From Candidatus Calditenuis fumarioli (GTDB lineage Archaea; Thermoproteota; Nitrososphaeria_A; Caldarchaeales; Calditenuaceae): 64,000 nucleotides of DNA. Made by a program: the position numbers and the translations under genes. Below the pieces are notes generated by a model. That model did not search any database and had not been told where the DNA came from. It was given only the letters and a program-made list of their open reading frames with translations. Shown here piece after piece: positions 10,431 through 20,036 of this stretch (position 1 is its first letter; the number at the start of each line of letters is the position of its first letter). The DNA is taken from the NCBI GenBank assembly GCA_030059665.1, contig JANVYR010000002.1, forward strand, positions 160,001 through 224,000. The letters run 5' to 3'.

Positions 10431-10910
10431 ATGAGCCTGAAGCCGCTCATCAGGAAGGCGAACGAGCAGGACCTCAACGCCATCGTCAACCTCCTCGTCC
10501 GGAACAAGCGCCTGAACGAGGAGTTCGACCCGATGCTCACCGTCACCGATCAGATCGAAGAAGTAGCACGGGAGTACGTCTCCGAGGCCCTGAAGGACCG
10601 GAACTCGCTGGTACTCGTCTGCGAGGAGGGGGGGAAGGTGGTGGGCTTCCTGAAGGCCGACGTCATCGACCGGCTCTTCTACGAGCCCCGGAAGGAGGGG
10701 GTCATCAGGGAGTTCTACCTCCTCCCCGAGTTCAGGAGGCGCGGGATCGGCAGGATCATGGTGGAGAGGGCCTACGAGGAGCTGAGGTCCATGGGAGCGG
10801 GGATCATAACCGCGGAGTTCCCATCGCAGCACAAGATAGCCGTCTCGTTCTACGAGAACCTCGGCTTCCGGCCGATCATCAGCAAGTACGCTAAGGAGGT
10901 CACCAGGTGA
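10431..10910 (+). CDS. GNAT-family acetyltransferase
   Basis: FYLLPEFRRRGIGR acetyl-CoA motif and AVSFYENLGF. Confidence 0.9.
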   Translation: MSLKPLIRKANEQDLNAIVNLLVRNKRLNEEFDPMLTVTDQIEEVAREYVSEALKDRNSLVLVCEEGGKVVGFLKADVIDRLFYEPRKEGVIREFYLLPEFRRRGIGRIMVERAYEELRSMGAGIITAEFPSQHKIAVSFYENLGFRPIISKYAKEVTR

Positions 10911-10919
10911 GTTCCCCTC

Positions 10920-12110
10920 TCAGGGCCTCTCGCCCAGCACCACCTCGACGTTCACGGCTTTGCCGTCCCTGATCACCGTCAGCACCACCCTGTCCCCGGG
11001 AGAGGTGTTCTCCACCAGGTAGGTCAGGAGGTCGTCCAGCGAGGAGATGCTGTGCCCATCTATCGCCACTATAACGTCACCTCCTATCAGGTATGTCTCG
11101 CCCGCAACGGTCACCCTGGTCGTCCCTCCCCTCAGGCCGGCCCTGCTGGCCGGGCTGTTGTTGGCCACCGTCTCCACCAAGAAGCCGGACTTGACCGGTA
11201 TCCCGGCCCTCTCGGCCACCAGCGAGTTCAGCTCCTTCCCCGAGATCCCGATGTAGCTGTGGGAGTACCTGCCCTTCTCGATCAGCACCGGCACGACCCT
11301 TGCCACTATCGAGGAGGGTATCGCGTACCCCACGCCCGAGAAGGTGCCCGTCGTCGTCTCGATCGCCGTCGTCACCCCCACCACCTCTCCCCTGTAATTC
11401 AGCAGGGGACCGCCCGAGTTGCCCGGGTTTATCGCAGCGTCTATCTGGATCACCCACGGTATCAGGTAGCCCCTGTTGGAGGGTAGGAGCCTGCCCTTCT
11501 GGCTGACGATCCCCACCGTCACGGAACCTTGGAGGCCGAAGGGGTTTCCGATCGCGACAACGGGGTCGCCGATCCTGAGGGCCCTCGAGTCGCCGAGTGG
11601 GAGCGGTTTCAGCTGCAGGTCGCTCGGCGGCCTGATCCTGAGGACCGCGAGGTCCGTGTCCACGTCGTAGCCCACGAGGGTGGCCTGGAGCATCGTCCCG
11701 TCGAGGAAGCTGACGTAGATCTGATCGCCCCCGGAGACCACGTGGTAGTTGGTGACTATGTGCCCCCTGCTGTCGTACACGAACCCAGTACCGACCGCCG
11801 AAGTGATCGTCCCTATCACCCTCACCATCACCACCGAGTCCTTCGCCCGCTCGTAGATCTCGGAGACGTTCAGCGGCTCATTCAGAGGCCTCTCAACGAC
11901 AGTCGTCTGCCGCGTCACCGTGACGGTGCTGACCTGCGCGAGCTGGGCCTGCGCGGATCCGAGGGCCTGAACCTGCTGGGCGACCTGCGCGATCCGCGAG
12001 TTGACCCCTTCGAGCTCCCCGCTCAGCGAGTCCAGCTCGACCACCAGAAGCCCCACGAGGAGGAGCGCCAGAACGCTGAGGACCACAGCCACCTTCCCGG
12101 CGCTGGCCAT
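10920..12110 (-). CDS. htrA: HtrA/DegP-like membrane-anchored serine protease with PDZ domain
   Basis: TNYHV / DLAVL / GNSGGPL catalytic triad motifs, N-terminal TM plus coiled coil, C-terminal PDZ (GDVIVAIDG). Confidence 0.92.
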   Translation of the reverse strand: MASAGKVAVVLSVLALLLVGLLVVELDSLSGELEGVNSRIAQVAQQVQALGSAQAQLAQVSTVTVTRQTTVVERPLNEPLNVSEIYERAKDSVVMVRVIGTITSAVGTGFVYDSRGHIVTNYHVVSGGDQIYVSFLDGTMLQATLVGYDVDTDLAVLRIRPPSDLQLKPLPLGDSRALRIGDPVVAIGNPFGLQGSVTVGIVSQKGRLLPSNRGYLIPWVIQIDAAINPGNSGGPLLNYRGEVVGVTTAIETTTGTFSGVGYAIPSSIVARVVPVLIEKGRYSHSYIGISGKELNSLVAERAGIPVKSGFLVETVANNSPASRAGLRGGTTRVTVAGETYLIGGDVIVAIDGHSISSLDDLLTYLVENTSPGDRVVLTVIRDGKAVNVEVVLGERP

Positions 12111-12167
12111 CCCGCTCCCCCACGGCCGCCGGGTCCTATTACGCGTTGTGGACGAAGCGTCCGCGCC

Positions 12168-12395
12168 TCACTCGACCGGGGCCTTCGAGAAGATCACCAG
12201 CTCGTCGTCCCTCAGCTCCACCCAGACCTCGTGCCCCAGCCCGAGGAGCGTCCTGAAGACCCTCTCCCACGGGAACCTGACCGGGTCCTTCACCCGCACC
12301 TCGAACCCGCCCATCACGGTGGTGCACTCGCCGTACCCGTTGATCGCAGACCTGAGCTCGCCCTCGATGTCCACGCAGGCCCGCTCCGAGCCCAA
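12168..12395 (-). CDS. Small hypothetical protein (75 aa)
   Basis: Sits between two genes on the same strand and shows a typical GC3 codon bias. Confidence 0.6.
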   Translation of the reverse strand: MGSERACVDIEGELRSAINGYGECTTVMGGFEVRVKDPVRFPWERVFRTLLGLGHEVWVELRDDELVIFSKAPVE

Positions 12396-12473
12396 GGCCC
12401 CCGTCCGTCCCCGGAGGCTTGCTCATAAAAATTGTGACGCGGTTCCGGCCGGTGCTGTGGCCCGTCTGAACGC

Positions 12474-13805
12474 TCAGCGTCGTACCTTCGAGATCTCGGC
12501 AAGCGACTGCTCGAGCAGGTCGAGCCCGCGCTCCAAGAGCTCCCTCTCGATGGTCAGTGGAGGGTGAAGCCTGACGACGTTCCCGAAGAGGCCTCCCTTC
12601 AGCAACAGCAGGCCCCTCGACCTGGCCTCGGCGACCAGCCTGTCGGTCTCCTCCGTCGCCGGCTCCTTGCTCCTCCTGTCCCGGACGAGCTCCAGAGCGC
12701 GCATCGCACCCATCCCCCTCACGTCGCCCACGATCTCGTACCTCTCCGAGATCTCCAACAACCTCCTCTCCATGATCCTGCCCAGCTCAACCGCCCTCTC
12801 GAGGACGCCGCCGCTCGTCATCACCTCGAGCACCTCCGAGGCCACCGCCGCGGCCACCGGGTTTCCCCCGAACGTCGTCCCGAGGCCCATCGGGTGCACC
12901 GCGTCCATCAGCTCAGCCCTCCCCACCGTCGCCGAGAGCGGCAAACCGTTGGCTATCGCCTTACCCAGCGCGAAGAGGTCGGCCGTCACGCCGAAGTTCT
13001 CCAGCGCGAAGAGCCTCCCCGTCCTGCCGAAGGCGGTCTGCACCTCGTCCGCGATCAGCAAGACGTCGTTCTCCCGGAGGAACCCCCTCAGCTCCCGCAC
13101 GTAGTCCGCCGGCGGCACCACGAACCCTCCCTCGCCCTGTATCGGCTCGAAGAGGACGGCCGCGACGGAGCTCGGCGGTGCCACCGTTCTCATCACCCAC
13201 CTCCTCAGGTAGTCGAGGCATGACAGCCCGCAATCCGGGTAGCTCTGTCCGAACGGGCACCTGTAGCAGTACGGGTAGGGCGCGTGGTGGACCCCCGGTG
13301 CGAACGGTTCGAGGCCCGCCTTGTACGGGTGGTACTTCCCGGTGGCGGTTAGGGCGAGGTATGTCCTGCCGTGGAAGGAGTTCTCGAAGGCGATCACGCC
13401 CTGTCTCCTCGTCGCCAGCCTCGCTACCTTCACCGCGTTCTCCACCGCCTCGGCTCCGCTGTTGAAGAGCGCCGCCTTGTTCTCCGACCCGGTCGGGGCC
13501 AGCTCCGAGAGTTTCCTCGCCACCACGAGGTAGGGCTCGTACGCAGCCACCGCGAAGCAGATGTGCCAGAGCCTCCTCAGCTGCCGCTCCGCCGCCGCGA
13601 TCAGCCGCTCGTTGCAGTGGCCTAGGTTGGCCACCCCTATCCCGCTGGTGAAGTCGATCAGCTCCCTGCCGTCGACCGTCCTGAGGAGCGCGTTCCTCCC
13701 CTCGGAGATCACTATTGGATGGAGCGTCGAGATGCCCCTCCCCACGAAGCGCTGCCTCAACTCCAGAAGGGAAGTCTCGTCCAAGCCGTGTCCCCCAAGC
13801 ACCAA
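12474..13805 (-). CDS. gabT: Class III aminotransferase, 4-aminobutyrate aminotransferase-like
   Basis: DFTSGIGV, NSGAEAVENAVK, FHGRT, EPIQGEGG, DEVQTAFGRTG and the GKAIANG PLP lysine. Confidence 0.85.
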   Translation of the reverse strand: MVLGGHGLDETSLLELRQRFVGRGISTLHPIVISEGRNALLRTVDGRELIDFTSGIGVANLGHCNERLIAAAERQLRRLWHICFAVAAYEPYLVVARKLSELAPTGSENKAALFNSGAEAVENAVKVARLATRRQGVIAFENSFHGRTYLALTATGKYHPYKAGLEPFAPGVHHAPYPYCYRCPFGQSYPDCGLSCLDYLRRWVMRTVAPPSSVAAVLFEPIQGEGGFVVPPADYVRELRGFLRENDVLLIADEVQTAFGRTGRLFALENFGVTADLFALGKAIANGLPLSATVGRAELMDAVHPMGLGTTFGGNPVAAAVASEVLEVMTSGGVLERAVELGRIMERRLLEISERYEIVGDVRGMGAMRALELVRDRRSKEPATEETDRLVAEARSRGLLLLKGGLFGNVVRLHPPLTIERELLERGLDLLEQSLAEISKVRR

Positions 13806-13909
13806 TCGCCGAGGCTGTTATTCTCTGTTGGCCGTGTCGCCGGAAAGCGGTTCGGATTGCGGTTCTGGGCATGAAGTTTTTTGAGAGGTCAGCCGAGAAT
13901 ACCGATCGG

Positions 13910-14038
13910 GCGGGGGTAGCCAAGCCAGGTCAACGGCGCCGGCCTCAAGATCCGCGCGAGGCGAAAGCCGGTCCCGCAGGCCAGACATCGGGCGGAAGGG
14001 TTCGTGGGTTCGAATCCCACCCCCCGCACTTAGAGAAC
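13910..14038 (+). tRNA. tRNA-Leu(CAA) with two introns (~13950-13965 at the anticodon loop; 13980-13997 in the variable arm)
   Basis: Acceptor stem GCGGGGG/CCCCCGC-A, D arm, CCGGC-CTCAAGA-GCCGG once the first insert is removed, T arm GTGGG-TTCGAAT-CCCAC. The second insert forms a strict bulge-helix-bulge. Confidence 0.85.
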
Positions 14039-14209
14039 TTCGCTATGTGTCCCATCGACGGGGTCAACGACCGCACGGAAACCTCGCAGGATAAGCCGCG
14101 CAGAGCCCGAAAGTCCCAGGATAGGGAGCGGTGATCCGAGAGAGGGAGTTGAGAGCTAATGCGGAGTGAAGGATCCGGGTTCAGGATCGAGTGGGTTGCA
14201 CAGGTGCGG

Positions 14210-14872
14210 CTACGCCCTCGTGTATATCTCGACTCCGAGCTCCATAGCGGTCTTCACGGCGTTGTCGGTAGCGAACGGCGTCACGAAGATCAGCCTGTCG
14301 GGTCTCCTCCCGGTCTTCCGCTCGTAGAGCTTCGCCTTCCTGTACAGGGTGACGACGTCTGAGGGCCTCACCTGGGACGATACCTCGATCAGCAGCGTCT
14401 TCCCGTCCTTCACCGCGACGTCGACCTCCACTGGGCTCGGGAACCCGAAGACCTCTCCTCCCTCATCGAACGCCGTCCACCTCTCGACCTTCAGGCCCAG
14501 CTCCTTCTCGAGGATTCCCTTCAGTCCCTCCCTGAAGGCTTCCTCGGACATGAGGCCCCACCTGGCTCCCAAAGCCGAGATCTGCCTGTTGACCGCTTCG
14601 AACCCCTTCATCATGTCCTCCCTGAGCCTGTTCATGTCCTCCCGTAGCTTCTCTATTTCCTGCCATATCCTCCCGATCTCCTGCTCTATCCTCAGGAACC
14701 TCTCCTCGTGTCTGTCCAGCCTCTTCAGGATCTCGATTATGTGGGATTCGTGCCTGTCGAGTCTCTTCAGGATCTCGTCGAGTCCTATCAGTCCTGCAAC
14801 AGCATATCTGAACTCCTCATCCTCCCTGAGCAGCTTCAGGATCCTCGACTTCAGCCTCTCCCTCGCGGCCAA
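14210..14872 (-). CDS. Coiled-coil + PD-(D/E)XK-like protein (DUF3782/COG5493-like), copy B
   Basis: Near-identical to 9506-10201 outside the coiled-coil stalk. The TTG start at 14872 is homologous to the start of copy A. Confidence 0.8.
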   Translation of the reverse strand: MAARERLKSRILKLLREDEEFRYAVAGLIGLDEILKRLDRHESHIIEILKRLDRHEERFLRIEQEIGRIWQEIEKLREDMNRLREDMMKGFEAVNRQISALGARWGLMSEEAFREGLKGILEKELGLKVERWTAFDEGGEVFGFPSPVEVDVAVKDGKTLLIEVSSQVRPSDVVTLYRKAKLYERKTGRRPDRLIFVTPFATDNAVKTAMELGVEIYTRA

Positions 14873-15134
14873 TCCGTCACTGCCTTCGCAACTATCGGAT
14901 ATAACCCAACCTTCCCAATCAGCCAGTAGGCGGTGAAGCTGGGCGACGAGATCACCGCTCTCAGCGAGAACGCGCGGACCAACGGCCTTTCTGCCCAAGA
15001 AGTGAGTTCCAGCAGCTGCAAAGCGCGTTCCGGGCAGTGGACCTGCGGCCTCCTGACAGCCGGAAACGAGGGTGGACGGCGATCCGGGGGCCCTCAACGA
15101 TATCAGGCAGACCTTACGGAGGTTAGCTGCAGGC

Positions 15135-16472
15135 ATGGACGCGGAGCGGAGGTTCGTCAGGGCCGAGGAGGCCTTCAGGAAGGTTCTGCGATGGATGAGG
15201 GAGCACCACGAGTTCTTCGCGAGCTCTATACCGCTGATCGCGAGCGAGAACGTCCCGAGCCCTGCGGTGAGGGAGGCGCTGGCGAGCGACCTGGGAAACA
15301 GGTACGCTGAGGGCTATCCGGGGGAGAGGCTCTACGCCGGATGCAGGTGGATAGACTCTATCGAGATGCTCGGCATCGAGCTAGCGAAGGAGGTCTTCAA
15401 CGCGGAGTACGCCGACCTCAGGCCAATCTCTGGGGTTATGGCGAACCTCGCGGCGTACACGGCCTTCGCCGAGCCGGGAGACGTGATGGTCGCTCTGGCA
15501 GTCCCCCACGGCGGCCACATCAGCCACGGCAAGCGGGAGTGGGGAGGTACCGCGGGCACGGTCAGGGGCCTGAGGGTCGAGCGGTACGAGTTCGACTACG
15601 ACCGGTTCAACATCGACGTCGACGGAACGAGGCGGAGGCTCGAGCGTCTCGAGAAGGAGGAGGGGAAGAGACCGAAGGTCTTCATGCTCGGTGCCAGCGT
15701 CTTCCTCTTCCCTCATCCCGTCAGGGAGGTCTCGGACCTGGCCAAGGAGTACGGCGCGAGGGTCGTCTACGACGCGGCCCACGTCGCCGGCCTGATCGCC
15801 GGCGGCGTCTTCCAGGACCCTCTGAGGGAGGGGGCAGACGCGGTGACGATGAGCACGCACAAGACGCTCGCGGGACCGCAGCACGGCCTGCTCCTCAGCT
15901 GGGAGAGGTACGCGGAGGACTTCAAGCGCGTCATGTTCCCCGGCCTCCACAGCAACCACCACCTCCACGCGGTTGCAGGCGTCACGATAGCGCTGGCCGA
16001 GGCCCTCGCGTTCTACCACGAATACGCCAGGAGGATCGTCGAGAACTCGAAGGCCCTAGCTGGGTTCCTGATGGAGGAGGGGCTGGACGTCCTCTACGGG
16101 GACCTCGGCTTCACCGAGTCGCACCAGGTCCTCGTCGACGTCAGCAGGCTCATGGGAGGTAAGGAGGCGGAGTTCCTCCTGGAGCGGGCGGGCATCGTCG
16201 TGAACAGGAACCTCCTTCCGAAGGACTACCTCCTCAAGACCGACTACAGGAACCCGAGCGGGATAAGGCTGGGGACGCAGGAGGTCACGAGGCTCGGCAT
16301 GGGCAAGGAGGAGATGAGGGAGATAGCGCGCTTCATCTCGAGAGTTCTGGTCAAGCGGGAGGACCCGGAGAAGGTCAGGAGGGAGGTTGCCGAGTTCAGG
16401 CGTCCCTTCCAGAAGGTGCACTACGCCTTCTCCAACGCCACCGAGGCCTACGCGTACGTCTCCATCACCTGA
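15135..16472 (+). CDS. glyA: Serine hydroxymethyltransferase (archaeal type)
   Basis: LIASEN, RYAEG, HGGHISH, DAAHVAG, STHKTLAGPQ and SGIRLGT. Confidence 0.95.
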   Translation: MDAERRFVRAEEAFRKVLRWMREHHEFFASSIPLIASENVPSPAVREALASDLGNRYAEGYPGERLYAGCRWIDSIEMLGIELAKEVFNAEYADLRPISGVMANLAAYTAFAEPGDVMVALAVPHGGHISHGKREWGGTAGTVRGLRVERYEFDYDRFNIDVDGTRRRLERLEKEEGKRPKVFMLGASVFLFPHPVREVSDLAKEYGARVVYDAAHVAGLIAGGVFQDPLREGADAVTMSTHKTLAGPQHGLLLSWERYAEDFKRVMFPGLHSNHHLHAVAGVTIALAEALAFYHEYARRIVENSKALAGFLMEEGLDVLYGDLGFTESHQVLVDVSRLMGGKEAEFLLERAGIVVNRNLLPKDYLLKTDYRNPSGIRLGTQEVTRLGMGKEEMREIARFISRVLVKREDPEKVRREVAEFRRPFQKVHYAFSNATEAYAYVSIT

Positions 16473-16506
16473 CCTCGCCCGCGCCTGGGCCCATCGGGTG
16501 CTCGGG

Positions 16507-17190
16507 ATGGGAGGGAGGATCGCCGGCGTCGTCTTCGACCTCTTCGGCACGCTCGTCCCCCGTTATCCGATCGACAGGCACAGGAAGGTCCTGGCCGAGA
16601 TCGCAGCTCTCCTCGGGGTCGATCCGGTGCGGTTCACAGAGGTCTGGATAAGCAGGCTCGAGCGCAGGATAACGGGCTTCTGCAGGGACGCTGAGGAGTG
16701 CATACTGGACACGCTCGAGGCGATGGGTGCGAGTGCTGACCGAGAGGCGCTTGCCCGGGCCGCTGCCATCAGGTACGAGTTCATGAGGAGCTGCGTCGTC
16801 CCGTACCCGGAGGTCGAGGAAGGGATCAGGGCACTGAAGGGGATGGGATACAAGCTGGGGCTCATCTCCAACTCCTCGCCGGAGGTCCCGGAGCTCTGGA
16901 GGTCGCTGAGCCTGTCGAGGTACTTCGACGTCGCCACGTTCTCCTGTGAGGTCAGGACCAGAAAGCCCCACCGGGAGATCTACCTGATGACCTGCAGTGC
17001 CCTCGGCCTCAGCCCAGAGCTGTGCCTCTACGTCGGAGACGGGTCCGAGAACGAGCTTGAGGGCGCGAGGGAGGTCGGGATGTTTCCCGTCATGATAGTC
17101 CGCGACGGGCCGCTCAGGGACTGGGACGGCCCCGTGGTCCGGGACGTGATGGGCGTCGTGGAGCTGCTGAAGTCGATGTCGGATTGCTGA
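16507..17190 (+). CDS. HAD-superfamily hydrolase
   Basis: FDLFGTL (motif I variant), LISNS, RKP and YVGD..NELEGA. Confidence 0.85.
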   Translation: MGGRIAGVVFDLFGTLVPRYPIDRHRKVLAEIAALLGVDPVRFTEVWISRLERRITGFCRDAEECILDTLEAMGASADREALARAAAIRYEFMRSCVVPYPEVEEGIRALKGMGYKLGLISNSSPEVPELWRSLSLSRYFDVATFSCEVRTRKPHREIYLMTCSALGLSPELCLYVGDGSENELEGAREVGMFPVMIVRDGPLRDWDGPVVRDVMGVVELLKSMSDC

Positions 17191-17262
17191 GCGTAAACCC
17201 TGTATTCTATAAGAGGTGGGGAGAACAGAAAAAGCGAGCGGTGATGGTTCAGGGCAGACAGA

Positions 17263-18333
17263 TCAGATGTCCTTCATGAAGTCCTCGAGGTAGTCGAGGT
17301 CTCCGTCCGCTCCAGAGCCTCGGATCTCCGCGGGCTGCTGCACCTCATGCGGTCTCTGTGGTATCCTGAACATCGGTCCCGTGCTGCCCTGCGAGTAGCT
17401 GCCACCGCTCATGATGATCGAGACGTGCAGCGTCGACCCGTACCGCCTGTCAACCCTCGCCCCCCAGATCACGAGACCCTCCTCGCCCATCAGCTCCGAG
17501 ACGATCTCCGCAGGCCTCGTGGCCTCCTTCAGCTTCATGTCCTCTCCTCCGCCGACGTGGACGATGGCCGCGCTGATCCCCTCGATCGTCCCCTCCAGCA
17601 GCGGCGACTGGAGCGCGTTGAAGGTCGCCTCCTCCGCCCTGTTCGGGGAGCTGCTCTTGCCGAGGCCTATCGTGGCGATCCTCCCCCTGCTCACCACCGT
17701 CTTGAAGTCCTCGAAGTCGATGTTGATCAGGCTCGGCCGCACCAGCGACTCCGTGATGCTCACGACCATGTTGTTGATCACCTCGTCGGCCAGCGAGAAG
17801 GCGGTGTTCAGGTCGTACTGCGGGTAGAGCTCGAGGAGCCTGTTGTTGTCTATGACCACCACCGTGTTGCAGTACCGCTGTAGCTCCTCAAGCCCCCTCA
17901 TCGCTATCCTCCTCCTCACGGCCCCCTCGAACCTGAACGGCAGCGTCACCACGCCCACGACTATCAGCCCCTGCTCCTGCGCCAGTTTGGCCACGAACGG
18001 GGCCGCTCCGGTCCCGGTCCCTCCGCCGAGCCCCGCAGCGATGAAGACAAGGTCGGCGTCCTCCAGCGCTTTCCTCAGGTCCTCCGCGGACTCCTCAGCC
18101 GCCATCCTGCCGAGCTCCGGGTTTCCGCCGGTTCCGTGGTTCCTCGTGACGGTTGGTCCGAGCAGAAGCTTCTCGTGGGCCTTGATGAAGCTGAGGTGCT
18201 GGAGGTCCGTGTTCATCGCGATGGCGTAGATGTCAGGTACGTTGGCCTCGATCAGCCGGTGGACCGTGTTGGATCCGGCTCCGCCCACGCCGATGACCTT
18301 TATCCTGATGCTGCTGTTCTGGAGCTCACTCAA
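17263..18333 (-). CDS. ftsZ: Cell-division GTPase FtsZ
   Basis: [24 protein letters not shown] signature, PFRFEG and the NIDFED T7 loop. Confidence 0.95.
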   Translation of the reverse strand: MSELQNSSIRIKVIGVGGAGSNTVHRLIEANVPDIYAIAMNTDLQHLSFIKAHEKLLLGPTVTRNHGTGGNPELGRMAAEESAEDLRKALEDADLVFIAAGLGGGTGTGAAPFVAKLAQEQGLIVVGVVTLPFRFEGAVRRRIAMRGLEELQRYCNTVVVIDNNRLLELYPQYDLNTAFSLADEVINNMVVSITESLVRPSLINIDFEDFKTVVSRGRIATIGLGKSSSPNRAEEATFNALQSPLLEGTIEGISAAIVHVGGGEDMKLKEATRPAEIVSELMGEEGLVIWGARVDRRYGSTLHVSIIMSGGSYSQGSTGPMFRIPQRPHEVQQPAEIRGSGADGDLDYLEDFMKDI

Positions 18334-18475
18334 CGCTCAGCCTCGCCTCCGTTCTTATGAAGTCCCTGACCGCCATCCGGATGGCCTCGGCCCTGTTCGG
18401 GTAGCGCTTCTTCCTGACGAGCTCGTCGATCGCCTCCAAGTATGCCTCAGGTAGGTGCACCGTGACGACCCTCAT
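18326..18475 (-). CDS. cdrS: Ribbon-helix-helix regulator, CdrS-like (49 aa)
   Basis: [37 protein letters not shown]; ATG directly after GGTGAG; the stop overlaps the ftsZ start. Confidence 0.8.
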   Translation of the reverse strand: MRVVTVHLPEAYLEAIDELVRKKRYPNRAEAIRMAVRDFIRTEARLSVE

Positions 18476-18745
18476 CTCACCCGGTAGACTGAAGGTGAGA
18501 GCGTAAATCGGTTTGAACGAAGAGGTTAAATCCGGTTCCTCGAGGAAGTCCATTCCATCGCGATTTCCGATCCAGAAATTGGTATGTTCTGACCCACTTT
18601 CGCTCCACATTTCATCGTTTGATGAGAACGCGTGGTGAGGTCCGGAGCCGTGAGGTCGGTGAGCGCGTGGCGGAGATTCAACGCTGGTCGAGGGACGCCG
18701 GCACCGATTTATTCGATCCGCGATGATGTGAGAAGGGTTAGCCCC

Positions 18746-19522
18746 ATGCTGCCGGGATGGTTGGAGGGCGATCTGGCCAACGCGCTGCAGATGGTGAGGC
18801 CGGTGGTGCTCGCGGCCCTGATTATTGCGGCTACGTACGTGGTCGCGAAGCTCGTTTCGAGGCTGACTGACGCGGCGCTCTTCGCCTTCACGCCCGCGAT
18901 GAGGTTCGCGGCCAAGAGGACGCTCTCGGCGGTGATCCTCGTCATAGGAGGCATCCTGGCCGCGGAGCAGCTGGGCCTTAGCATAGAGGTTCTGCTGGTG
19001 CTGTTGGCCGTTATGGGCATCGCCGTGGTCCTGGCGCTCCATAACGTCCTCAGCAGCGTCGCTGCCCGGTACTTCATCGAGCCCTACGTCCCGATCAGGG
19101 TGGGAGACACGGTGACGATAGGCTCTTACAGGGGAAAGGTGATCGAGATCAACCCGCTCACGACCCTGCTGCAGACCGATGACGGCCGGGTGGTTTCCGT
19201 CCCGAACTCGGTGATCCTGAGGGAGCCTGTGGTCAACGAGTCGGCCTCCGCAGCCCGGGAGATCAGCATCCCCATCGCCCTCCCCTCGAAGGACGTCAAG
19301 CTGCCTGAGCTGGAGTCAGCGCTGATCAAGGCGTGCATGAAGCTGAGGTCCAAGCTCGATCCCATGAGGCCGCCACAGGTCGAGGTCAGGTCCAGGTCCG
19401 AGAGGGAGGTCCAGATGCTCCTCAAGGTCTGGGTCTCGGACCCGAGTTACAGGAGCGCGGTCAGCGAAGAGCTGAAGCGCAGGGTTGACGACCTCCTGAC
19501 CTCAATGCTCGGCCAGGGTTAG
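18746..19522 (+). CDS. mscS: Small-conductance mechanosensitive channel
   Basis: Three TM helices, then [17 protein letters not shown]...VSVPNS. Confidence 0.85.
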   Translation: MLPGWLEGDLANALQMVRPVVLAALIIAATYVVAKLVSRLTDAALFAFTPAMRFAAKRTLSAVILVIGGILAAEQLGLSIEVLLVLLAVMGIAVVLALHNVLSSVAARYFIEPYVPIRVGDTVTIGSYRGKVIEINPLTTLLQTDDGRVVSVPNSVILREPVVNESASAAREISIPIALPSKDVKLPELESALIKACMKLRSKLDPMRPPQVEVRSRSEREVQMLLKVWVSDPSYRSAVSEELKRRVDDLLTSMLGQG

Positions 19523-19635
19523 TCGCCGTCCACGGCCAGCGAGGCAACCGCTCTCTCCGGATCTGGGGCCGCGGGTCAGTCGTGCTGCGCAGTGGTGCGA
19601 GAGGTTCACGTGCTGGCGTCATGCCGTAAGACCGG

Positions 19636-20028
19636 ATGGTTCCGGGCAGGAGACCTTCCGCGGCGAGGGAGGAGGTGCTTGAGGAGCTCGAGAGGTTCGT
19701 GAGGATCCTGAACGAATCCGGCGCCGTCGTCGTGGTCGAGGGCGAGAGCGACAGGAGGGCCCTCGTCGAGTCCGGAGTCTCCGTGAGGGTGCTGACGCTC
19801 GCGGAGTTCGAGCGTGAGGTCGAGGATATGCCTGGTCAGGAGGTGGAGCTCTTGACGGACCTCGACCGGCAGGGCGAGGAGCACTTCCGGAGGCTCGTTG
19901 GCAGATACGGTGGCGTCGTGAGGTTCACCACTCAGGCCCGGGACTACCTCAGGAGCACCACGTCCTACAGGATGGGCATGAGGAGCGTCTACGAGCTGCT
20001 GCTGTTCTACCGGAGGAACGCTCTCTAG
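19636..20028 (+). CDS. Small TOPRIM-domain protein
   Basis: VVVEGESD and LTDLDRQGE TOPRIM motifs. Confidence 0.8.
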   Translation: MVPGRRPSAAREEVLEELERFVRILNESGAVVVVEGESDRRALVESGVSVRVLTLAEFEREVEDMPGQEVELLTDLDRQGEEHFRRLVGRYGGVVRFTTQARDYLRSTTSYRMGMRSVYELLLFYRRNAL

Positions 20029-20036
20029 GAACGCCT

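Noticed and set aside
14873-15136. N-terminal extension of paralog B in the ORF track
   Set aside because: Homology to copy A starts at TTG 14872, and the extension collides with the glyA start.
18476-19042. 238-aa version of the RHH ORF
   Set aside because: It overlaps mscS antisense. The ATG at 18475 has a strong SD and gives a clean RHH.
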